A stretch of 64,000 bases of DNA from Octopus vulgaris. Lineage: Eukaryota. Shown piece after piece: positions 42,519 through 53,879 of this stretch. The stretch covers positions 100,564,001 to 100,628,000 of the forward strand of contig OX597818.1 of NCBI GenBank assembly GCA_951406725.2. The letters are read 5' to 3'. The position numbers and the translations under genes are program-made. How positions within the stretch are numbered: the first letter of the stretch is position 1; every line of letters begins with the position of its first letter. The notes below the pieces were generated by a model that ran no database searches, had not been told where the DNA came from, and was given only the letters and a program-made list of their open reading frames with translations.

Positions 42519-42621
42519 CTTATCTTTTTGGCGGTACTCTGTTCTTGTCGTTCATTAATTCGGCTCATAAGAGGCAACAATGTCGATGGAAACACAAAAA
42601 AAACAACAACTTCTCATGAAG
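42519..42621 (+). CDS. Candidate exon of secreted propeptide gene A (LIFLAVLCSCRSLIRLIRGNNVDGNTKKTTTSHE)
   Basis: CTAAT branch point + TTGTAG acceptor, consensus donor AAG/GTAAGT, open phase 0 to 1, hydrophobic signal-like start. Confidence 0.5.
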
Positions 42622-43630
42622 GTAAGTGTGTTGGATTGATTAAAAGAGAAACTGTTCATAAATAATCCGAATTAGTAGAACATAATACTGGAAAAGACAA
42701 TACAAGTTTAATTGGTTGGACATTGCATTTATACTTCTGAGAATTTCTAACTGGTTCGGAACTTAACAAATTGCATAGTTAGACGCTAAATTATCGATGG
42801 CATAGTAAAAAGAGAAAGGAGTGGAAAGGCAGGTGATAATTTTTTAAACCGATTATGAGAACCTTGCCAAAATGAAAGTCGTACATTGAATATGAACTAT
42901 CAATCAAATATCATCGTAGAAACAGCACAAACGCACCTGTAAAGCTACACTACTCGGGTGTAAGTTGGCAAATACCTATGTTCATTATAAAAATATTTAC
43001 TGCTTGGGCACATGTCTGTTTTTTACTCAAATATAGAGTATGCAGTTTTTGTTTTCAAGTGATTTTAAAGTGCACTTCACTGACAGATGTAATAAATTGA
43101 GAGATCAGACATTACAAACATATAATGCAATTAAATACAATGCAATAAAATGTAATAGCACTAATAGCAATGTAATTTAATTTGTTTAACCCTGGAAATC
43201 ATAAGCTAGGACCAAATGACGAATAAAAGACTAAAACAAAATACTGGCAATTCTCAAAAGCTAGAATATAAATTAAGATGCTAATAAATATAATTTCGTA
43301 ATACTAGAAAACATAATTTCAGAGTGCCCCCACATAAAATTTAAAAGCAAAATGAAAAGAAAATTGCTATACGCAAAGTTAAAAGTACATTTTCAACGTA
43401 AATTATATAGTCTTTGCGATTACAATGACGTTGTTGGTTGCACAAAATCCTTGCCAACGTGTTGAAAGACAATAGCTATGATTATGTTGGTATGATTAAG
43501 TACTTTGTAGAATTATTCCAATTCCGGTATGAAGATGTAATTTGTACGTATTCATGCTAAAACTCATGACTCGGTTCATTTTGCTGATCATGTGAATGAA
43601 CTGTGGTGTTTCAAGTCACATTGTTCCTAG

Positions 43631-43671
43631 CAAGACGTGTTCGCAGAGACTTGACAGAGATCATGCAAGAG
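43631..43671 (+). CDS. Candidate exon of gene A (ARRVRRDLTEIMQE)
   Basis: TTGTTCCTAG acceptor, GAG/GTAGTT donor, phase 1 to 0 matches the previous exon; encodes a furin motif RVRR. Confidence 0.5.
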
Positions 43672-45792
43672 GTAGTTAGGGGCAAATTGCTTTCTTACTC
43701 TTAATGATTGCACTACCAGCCTAGTATCAGATTTTAATTGCTCTAAATCTCTTGAATCTCAGATTTAATAATACTTTCCGTAATGTTAGTAACACCATCC
43801 ATGTTAATATCAGAAGCAGTTATTTTACTTTCAGGATATTTACTATATTTATATTCATCAATCATTATCATTTTCTCATGTTGCATCTCATCATGTGTCA
43901 TTTAAGTCTTTTATCCAGTATTTTAATGCGTTTGTTACCGGTGAAATTCAAGATGCACGAGTATGATAGAACTTTTGACGAATTCAAATACGTGGACTTT
44001 TGTCTAGAAGTGACTTATTGATGAAAGTCATTTTGAGTAAAGAAGGGATAAAAAGAAACTTCCGTAAACACAAGACCAAATACATCATTCAGTTTGCCGA
44101 TGTAATTCAGCTGGGGCAAAGAATCCAGCTGCAAACTAGATAATTGTTGTCCTCGAAGAAATTCTTAATAGAAGCCATCTTCTTCATTCTTGCTTGTTCC
44201 CTTTCATCTCTTTTTGGCATCAATAAGTAGTAAAAACACCTGAACAGGCACATTTTCATCCTCATTCTAATTGCCCCTCAATCTAGATACACAAAATAAT
44301 TGAAACATTATGCCTCCTACCAGCTCCATTATTCTCTTAACAACAAATCTTTACACATCTTTGCCTGATTTGTTACCTAGAATGGTCGTAACAATTCAAT
44401 GAAGAAAATACGATAGTCATAAGTCTATTTGACATCAGCATTCCCTGTAATTCATAAAGTATACATTTAAAATAACGTGCCATCTCCAATCAAACCATTA
44501 AAGAGTTTACTTTGCACCGAAGTGCATGACTTCGATTGCCGAGGTTTCCCTTTCTTCAAATGTTGCACTTGGAATTTAAGTGCTGTAATTTTCTCTTTAC
44601 GTTGTGTATTATGCACATCAGAATGTTTTATTTATTTTAGAGACACGAAATAATTCGTGCTGATGAAATATATATATATTTTTTAAAGTTTTCATAATTT
44701 AGTACGTTAATCATTGTTATTAGCACTTTAAATTATGCATTTGATATTTAGATTTCTACAGCAAAATCTTCGTATCTGTCACTGGCATTTTATTCCATTG
44801 CATCGTGCTTTATTTTCCTTTATTCTATAGATCGTATCTTCCACAAATCAGCAATACACGAACTGCAAATTTCTGCACTGGTGGCATTATGTTAGTGCAG
44901 AAATTCTTGACGTAAACTTTCTTGAAAACAAACACTTAATCCAAACAGTTATTGTATACTACGCTACATTAGATATTTAAAATGCGCATCGAAGTGGACC
45001 GGTGTGAACGAAGAATGCTAGGACTTGCACAATCCAATAACTTAATCAGTTACTGCTGTGACATAGTTAAATTCTTATTTTTGTTTTTCCGTACTTGATG
45101 TTCGAAACTCATTTAGTTATGGTCCAGTTATCATACTAAGCATTTTTATTGCTATTTTCACATCCGTTTCTTCAATTTAACTCTATTTTCATTATCTTAC
45201 TACCTCACTCTCTAACATGTTAACGGTGTATATCATTGCACATGTTATCTTGTTACAACTTTGTTTCCGTTATTCTGTATCTTTCACAATGAAAACTCAC
45301 AATAATATCTAGGAGCAAGGATGAAAGTTTCATTTCATTAACTCCATATTTGCTCTCTTCACCATCATATGATCTTTCTCTATTCAGCCTATTATTCGTT
45401 TCTTTCACTCGCTTTTTTTTTCAGGCCACGTAATTTCTGTTGACGCAAGGTTAAAAGTAAAATGTCGAGCAATACTCTCTAATCGTCAGTAGAATATACA
45501 CAGTACCATATATCGCTCAATCTATCAGATGCATGAGATTCGAAAATTTTATTCATAACAGATTATCTAGAGACGCTTATAGAAATATTCTTAATTAGTC
45601 CCCGTATTATTGAGGGTGGATGGATGGATGCTACATCAATGTATTTAATAACACCATTTCGCTTTTGAAATGGTACAAATAATCCAGTATCAAGACAGAA
45701 GGTAGAGTCAAGAAAATTCACTCTACTAATAATGTCTATATCGGATATCGAATATATGTATGTATATGTATGCATATATGTATGTTTGTATG

Positions 45793-45888
45793 TATTTGTG
45801 AAAGAAGACAACAAACACCGAGGCATAACAAAGAATCTTGTTCTGCATCTTGTTGCGCCTCGGCATTTGTTGTCCTCTTTCACAAATA
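45793..45888. repeat. ~96-nt foldback with ~37-bp arms
   Basis: TATTTGTGAAAGA(A/G)GACAACAAA(CA/TG)CCGAGGC(AT/GC)AACAA inverted. Confidence 0.85.
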
Positions 45889-46422
45889 TATATCGGAAAC
45901 CTATAATGGATTCGGGGCTGCCGTGTCAGTCCCGAGGTTGGAATCTTGATAATCCGTTACAGGACCTACCCAGAGTATCTATTCGTTTAGATCACCCGTG
46001 AACTAAGGTCCCATATTCTGTATGTATGTAAGTATGTATGTATATGTGTGTGTATGTATGAGAACCGTGTACAGAAATTAATAGAATGCGTTACGACGCC
46101 AAACATTTTTGTGTAATTATACATTCTGGAAATTATGACAAGCAACGTCCTTTCCCTCCATTATTATACGAGAAAATATATCTGCAATTTCAAAAGAAAA
46201 TTAATGTATCATGCGGTCAATTTAAATTTGACTTCTAAGGAATATAATTGTATGAAGCGTGTAAAAGTGTTTCGAATGATTGGAGAGGTGTTTAATGAAA
46301 GGTTGGCGTAAAACGAAAGGATTATTAGTAACTTTTGGAAAGAAATAATACAAATTAAATATGTAAGTTCACGGTGCACTGAATACAATTATTTCAATGT
46401 ATTGTTTTAGAATTACAGAACG

Positions 46423-46525
46423 CTTAATTCTTTCTCTTTCTCAATTCTTTTTCTTTCTTATTTCTTTTTCTTCTTCAATTCTTTCTCTTCCACAATTCTT
46501 TTTCTTCCTCAATTCTTTTTTCTTA
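46423..46525. repeat. 17-bp minisatellite, about 6 units
   Basis: Minus-strand unit AAGA(A/G)AAAGAATTGNNN repeated. Confidence 0.7.
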
Positions 46526-47233
46526 TTCAATGGGTGTTTCTTTATAGAGCAGTATTTAGTCGCTCTTGTGTTTTCTGCGTTACTTGAGATCTGTAGATAT
46601 TTGATAGATTGATGGAACATTGCACCTGCCATGTCGCTTATATCACCGAAAATTTAAGGAAATCAATTCTAAAAGTAATGATCAGAATGTATTTTCAAAT
46701 TATATTGCATCCAAGTTTATGATGGCTGTGAAAAAATGATTCATCAACGCCACTATTGTTCGCATGCACGTTTAATACTATGGTTCCAAAACATGCTGTT
46801 TTCTGTTCAAATATATGTGTACAGTGAATGTGATCGAGTCTCATATATGTCATAAAAATACAATAATAGCATTTTAGTACACTCGCCCGGCTGACCAAAT
46901 TGCGAAATAATACTAATTAATTTCCCATATGCAATCCATTGGAGGTGTTAATACTTCAGGTTGTCAAAGAGAGATCAGACGTTTCAGCGATTTTTTTTTT
47001 TTTCAACTGAATAAAGTGGGTAACGGGAATGGGTCCATACTTATGTCTTGAATGAGATTTTCAAGCTTCCTTTCAAGAAATATTGCCAATCATTAATTTG
47101 GAAGTGGATCAAATGTTATCTTCATAACGTTTGTTTTGAAGTCTTCACCACTGAGCAACAACACCAGTGAATTTGCTTCAAATCTGTCAATATTTTCGAA
47201 GCAATCATATGCCTATGCCTTGACTGCTACTTC

Positions 47234-47284
<51 letters not shown>

Positions 47285-47337
47285 TATATAAAACAAAACT
47301 AAAAATGGAACAAGAACGTAACAGGTGACAACAAAAC

Positions 47338-47573
47338 GGATCTTTTCGCTTTGACCGGTAGATTTTTAAAATAATTTCTTTGTAACTAGACACTTTTAAA
47401 CTACGTATACTGGTAGAATGTGTTTATAAAACATCTTTTTCTCTTGGCTTTCTTGAAAAAATTCTGTAGCTTTTAAGCTATTTGTTGTTTAATTTCTTGC
47501 ATTTACGAAGTTTAAAAGTGTTTAGTTACAAAGAAATTATTTTAAAAATCTGCCGGTCAAAGCGAAAAGATCC
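47338..47573. mobile_element. 236-bp MITE with GG termini and 8-bp TSD (Merlin-like)
   Basis: ~68-bp TIRs starting GGATCTTTTCGCTTTGACCGG; AACAAAAC at 47330-47337 and 47574-47581. Confidence 0.85.
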
Positions 47574-48254
47574 AACAAAACATTTGGACAGTTAGACGAT
47601 ACAAAAAAGGACAGGGAAAAACAAGGATGGGTCATTTGGAGCTCTCAATCTTCAGTCGAGTACCAGATCGTCCGTGCAATTTCAGCCAGTTACTCTCGAG
47701 ACTGCTGCAATTTGGCCGGCCTCAGGAAAATCTAAGCTAAAAGCACTAGATTCTTTGGAAGAAAGCAAACGAATGTATACGAAAACAAGAACGAAAAAGT
47801 CGGAGAAATGGTACACAATTACAAATACAAAAAATAGGACATTAACAACAGGTTTCTTTCGACTAATGAAGAACTAAATTAAGCTGGTTTTTGTGGAAGT
47901 GAAGCCTTACAGGAGCAACACAGGAGATGAACGTCATGGGAAGGAATATAAGAGATACTACACGGATGATAGTCGATCAAAGAAAGAAATATCATGCTAG
48001 GCCCAACATCAGTCACGTGGAAGGAGAGGAGATACGTAGGGGTAGTGGGATTGATGAATTAGAGAGGGACGAAAGAGACGAGACAAACAAGGATAGGGGC
48101 AGTGTGAGGTAATGGAGGAAGGAAAGTGATGAGAATGAAGGGAAGGTCAAGAAATCTAAGATAGTGTGGGAGCGAGAAAAAGAAAACTGGACTGAAGGGA
48201 GAAAGTGTGAAAGGGCTGAGGGAAAAAGTAAAAGAGTCGTACAAAATTTACACA

Positions 48255-48353
<99 letters not shown>

Positions 48354-48693
48354 GTATGCATGTATATATAAATTTTCCGCACCGCCTTTCCGGCCTGCTG
48401 GCATGATTCTGGAACAAGCCATGGCAAGCTACCCAATGTCAATAAGGTTCCGATGCTCCGGGATATGGGAGTGCCATGATGGCATGCGCAGACAAAAGAT
48501 CCCAACAATTTTCAATATCACAATATATATGTTGTACATGGTGCAAGATGCATAAGATAAATTCTGGATGTATTTACAATATATCAAACATCTCCAAATA
48601 GGATTTTGAATTTTTTGCTTACTGAGTGTCCATCAGTAGAATTGTCACAGAAACTCACACGCGCGTCTGCCCGCAGACACGTGCAAATACATC

Positions 48694-48767
<74 letters not shown>

Positions 48768-49900
48768 GCTTTCTTTATTGGTATCTTTTCCAAGACATAC
48801 AAAACGAAACTAGAAACAATTCATTATCTCTCTACTGAAACTGCAAGCAATTTCCTCTGGGAAACAATATAAAAACAATGGAAACTGCATTATCAATTTA
48901 CTGCTGGTAGGAATGAGTAAAATGGCTTCTATTTCTTGTAATCTTGTTCCTCCAGACTGACAGCAAAACTTGAATAATACGAAGTGAAAATAAGATAAAC
49001 GAAAATAAACAATCGCTAGCATTAACGTTGGTATTAATGTGCGTGTGTTGCGATAAAGCCTGGAATGTATTTGGCTTATGTTAAAACGCTGACTGAATAA
49101 TTTTGTGAATTATTTCTCGTAGTAAATATTTGAACATGTTCCTTTATTCTGCATCCAGGATTACAACAATGAAACCAGGAAATAAATTTCAAATTCACTT
49201 AGAAACATGCGTAGTTACTATTTAATAATTTATTCCACAACGAGCCTGGTGTTTGGGTATTACGTCAAAGACTCCGCCCAAACTACAAACATCGAGTATA
49301 CTGTGTTGTTTTGTTGTATAGTAGCAAGAGAATCGATATGCCACAACATGTAATATCATTCTAGTTTCATTACTCTCTAATGTAAAATAATGGAAATATT
49401 ATCTTCCTGGGAGTGGATTTAATTAGCGAAGGAGGTACCCTTATGTATCACATTCTATGTAACATGGATGACTCGTGAAATATTAATTAAAAATTGAAAA
49501 TGGTGTATCTGAACCGAACGGGCTCTCTTCGGCTAAATCACAATATCTGATAAGAATATTTACTTTCCTTCACCAGCATTTTAGACTACGTTAAGTACGG
49601 TAGCTAAAATTTTTCTTGTTCTTCGTACAAAATCAACATTTCTTAATATATCTAAATTTTACTATTGATATCCTTTTAGATCAACTGGTATCTGTAGTTT
49701 GACATCATACTGATACTGTTTCATTAACTTTTTCATATCATATAATGCACTTATTTATTTGGACGTTTACGCATATGTTTCCTTGTTGCTGACAAAGTAG
49801 TAGAAAGCCCTTTGTCAGTCGTTTCCTTTCAGCGATTTATTACATTTAAACAAGATTCGTGACGTTTAAAATGCTTTTAATTTTTCTTTTTCAATTCTAG

Positions 49901-49993
49901 CTTAGAAACAACACAGCAGAAATGCAGCCGTTAATGAATGAACTGTCAAGGGCTTTACAATATATCCAGGCCCCAGAATCTAATTTCATTCTC
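49901..49993 (+). CDS. Candidate exon of gene A (LRNNTAEMQPLMNELSRALQYIQAPESNFIL)
   Basis: Strong polypyrimidine acceptor TTTTTCTTTTTCAATTCTAG, 93 nt in phase 0, donor CTC/GTATGG. Confidence 0.4.
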
Positions 49994-50565
49994 GTATGGA
50001 TGAAGGATTATAGTAATTTATAATGGCCCCACTTATACTAGGGGCATTATTAAATTGAATACGGAAATATATATCGAATTGCTATATATGTTAAAATGAT
50101 TTACCTACAATTCCCTATTTTTTAATTTGAAATTAGATGCAGGCATACTTATCGATACAAGGAAGAATGATACGCTGTCGGACGTATAATGGAAGTTAAC
50201 TGAAATATTGTGACATTTACATCGATGACATTTTTAGTTGCAAATTAGCAAATCGGGATAAAGAGTATTTGGGAATTATCGCTATAGAAAATATTAATAT
50301 TTCTTAACAATCGTATTTCATAATCCAGTTTCTCTAATTCAGGTGTTTGCATGAGAAAATTTCATGTATGCTAAAATGATTGTTCACATGCGAGTAAAGT
50401 CCCTTTGCATTATCGATCGATAAGAATCTGGTGTACGTTGTAGTACACATAACACTTAGAAACATGAAGATGACTAATTAATTGGACACTTTCTAGATGC
50501 GTTTGCATTCATGGCATTGTGTATTTTAAAGAAACTAAATCAATATAATTTGTATAAATCTTGCT

Positions 50566-50612
<47 letters not shown>

Positions 50613-52825
50613 CTGCGTATTTGTAAGTGCGTAGGTATGCGAATGATGGTTTATGTCTAACATACAACTGTGGCTATATATAAATAATATTAACCTCGAA
50701 GAGTATTCCACATTCCTCACCAAGTTCTTTACGGCCCCTCCCTGAAGAAAGAAGATCACAAATTCCTCATTTAGTATAACTGTTTTCTCCGTCGGTGGTA
50801 CAATTCCCACCGATGAGGTTTCGGGACATGCCGGCAGTGTACTGCTACCCGCCGGCACTGTTCATTCTTTTCTCTTCTTTTTTCTTGTCTTTGATATGGG
50901 AGGGGGTCCTTCCTCTGCTTTAACCAGTGGATCATCCCTCGTCCCACAGTCTTAGGATCCTTCGGTGAGCAACCAGTGTTGCCCACCTTCCTTTTTTCCC
51001 TTATTTTTCCGGGGAGGTCTTTACTTCCTCGACTACCCCCATCTCTTCCTGCAGAGGATGAGGGAGGCTCTTCCACAACCAACATTCTTACCAATCACAT
51101 CTAACACAACATCCGCCCCACATACCATACACACCACCAGACCACATCACACCGGCCACACAACTCCACACCCACACACCATCATCTACACGCCCACACA
51201 TTACACGAACATATCCACACACGCCAAAGTTACTAGCCCCTATCCTCACACACACACACATCCTCATATACACGTATGCACGCGCAAATTACTCCTGGAA
51301 TCATGCATACTTTATTATCTGCCCTTCTTTGTACCCCTCCTGTCAAACATTTTTTTGTCCCCAACCACTCGCCATGCTTCTTCGCTATTCTTTTCTAAAT
51401 TCTATCTCTGTATATGTTCTCGTATTCCTTTCTGTCGAAGAGCAGAGGCTCGAAACCTTTTCATGCACATTTTCATCTCTGAACACATGATCGGCTGTGA
51501 ACACATTATCAGGGTGGCGTCCTTCTGGTTCTGACTTTCTATATGCTTGTAGTTGCTGAAAATTTCGGATCTCGCATTAAGAATACAGGTCCAGAAAAAT
51601 GTGCAATTTTTCAACTCCGTATAAGTTGCATTTCTTAGATCCATTTGCGTAAGGCCTGGATTTTTCTACGATTCTTTCACTTGATTGTAAATGGGGTGGA
51701 GTTGGTCTGAAAGCACGAACTTAGTAGGTTTACTTTTGTCGATTTTTCGGAAAAAAGACTGCTGGTTTGTTTAACGTCTCTTGAAATCACCTTGGCACAA
51801 ACTATATCCATATTTGTCAATTTCTCTTAGCGAACTGGGGGAATTCACCGTCTACCGATTGAACAGTTGACTCGCCGACTTTCGACCAATATGCATTAAA
51901 TTATTCTGCAACAAGTACCTCAATTTGTCTTTTACAGTCAAAGGAAATGTAAATATAATTTTCTTTCCAGTTCTTCTCTTTTCTCGGCGTTCTGATTCTC
52001 AACTATTTGCTCAAGGCCCAAATATTGCAAAGAGTCAGTGGACGAGTTATGAAAGCCTGCATAGATACGTGTTTCCGCAGCAAGAAACTATCACTTGCTC
52101 TTAACTGTATACTGTATTTGTCAAATTATATTTATCTCCCACTGGATAGAGCACATTTTTTTGTATATCTTTCCCAAACAATACAGTAAACTACACAGAC
52201 AGACAGTCACAAAGACACATATATTTGTGTGTGTATATAAAAGTATATAACTATGAATATATATATATATATATAAAGATGTATATATGTATGTATACAT
52301 ACCATACATACACACACATATTTTGCATATATACTCATACGTATGAATATATTTATACACACACACACACATATATATATGTGTCTGTGTGTGTGTGTGT
52401 GAATGTGTGCTCGTGTGTATATTTATATATACAGAGATAAATAGATAGATAGATAAATATATAGTTAGATAGAGAAAGAGAGAAATTTAGAGTGAGAAAT
52501 AGATTGTAGATTATTTTATTTAACTCACTCAGCGAGCAAAGCACCATAACGGAGTCGCAGAGTCTGCTATCGAACAATCTCATCGTAGTAACGCGGTTGG
52601 GGATCCTACATTATTTTAAAGTAATAAGTCTATTGCTAACATAGTTTTCATTGACAGCTTGCAAATATACATATATATATAAATATATATATTGTTTTTA
52701 AACAATTTCTATTTTCCTTAATATGCTTCCATATCCTTGTTTTACTTTTGCACAATAATCATATTTACTTAATTAACACTTTATATATATATCGTTATCG
52801 AATATAATCATTTTATTGCTTACAG

Positions 52826-52891
52826 TCCATCATTCTATTAACAAACTGTACGGTATTAGAACACTGTAAAAGCAAGTTACACAGAAAATGA
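52826..52891 (+). CDS. Possible terminal exon of gene A (SIILLTNCTVLEHCKSKLHRK*)
   Basis: Acceptor TTTTATTGCTTACAG, phase 0 open to TGA; weakly supported. Confidence 0.25.
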   Translation, partial: SIILLTNCTVLEHCKSKLHRK

Positions 52892-53210
52892 CACTTACAT
52901 ATCAAGCACCAGTTTTATTGAATAATATAATACGAATATATGATAAGTAACTGTGATGCTATTTAGTGAGAAAATAAGAGGGAATGAGGAAGAAAAATTG
53001 CTAAGTGTGTCTTTAACATTCGATAAGTTAATTCTCGTAAATGTAAACGGCAAAAAGACAAGGAAAGTAAACATTCGAGTTAGTCTGTAAAAATGTACGC
53101 GTAAAATCATGCACCTTTATTATATATCAATACGTACGTTGGTATTTCGTTATGTGCATATGAATGGATTCATATATGCATATATACATAGGTACACACA
53201 CATGCGCACT

Positions 53211-53243
<33 letters not shown>

Positions 53244-53278
53244 GTATGTGTGTTTGTCTATATGTATGAATAAATATT

Positions 53279-53402
53279 CTTTGTAAGCCTAGTACTTATT
53301 CTATTGGCCTCTTTTTGCCAATTACGGGGACGTAAACATACCAGCATCGGTTGTCAAGCGATGCTGGGAGACAAATACAGACACACAGACATAAATACAC
53401 AC

Positions 53403-53483
<81 letters not shown>

Positions 53484-53657
53484 TACATATATACAACGAG
53501 CTTCTTTCAGCTTTCGTCTACCAAATCCACTCACAAGGCTTTGGTCGGTCCGAGACTATAGCAGAAGACACTTGCCTAAGGTGCCACGCAGTGGGACTGA
53601 ACCTGGAACAATGTGCTTGGTAAGCAATCTACATACCCTCTCAGCCACTCCTACGCC
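53279..53657 (-). mobile_element. CORE-like tRNA SINE (dominant family)
   Basis: Reverse complement of head and core with internal (TA)n. Confidence 0.85.
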
Positions 53658-53879
53658 TATGAACCGATAAATATTTTGAATGCACAGCCTCTAAAAATAC
53701 GTTCGTATTCTAAAACCAGAGTAAAACTTGCTGAGGCAAAGATAATATTGAACAGACGGAAAACCTCAGACAGACAGATGGACTGATGATTTTGATTTTG
53801 ATTTTGATTTTTCCAGTTTCAGCTAATGAGCTGTGGCCATGCTGGGGCACCGCCATTTGGTTTGCTACACGGGTTTACC

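Noticed and set aside
44868-44905. 12-bp hairpin AATTTCTGCACT/AGTGCAGAAATT
   Set aside because: Short, isolated and without supporting context.
46441-46632. Lys/Glu-rich minus-strand ORF
   Set aside because: Arises from a 17-bp (non-triplet) minisatellite.
50343-52847. Alternative signal peptide MRKFH + SIILLTN spliced to exon 60193
   Set aside because: The nearer exon 59854-59920 gives a better signal peptide with a matching phase.
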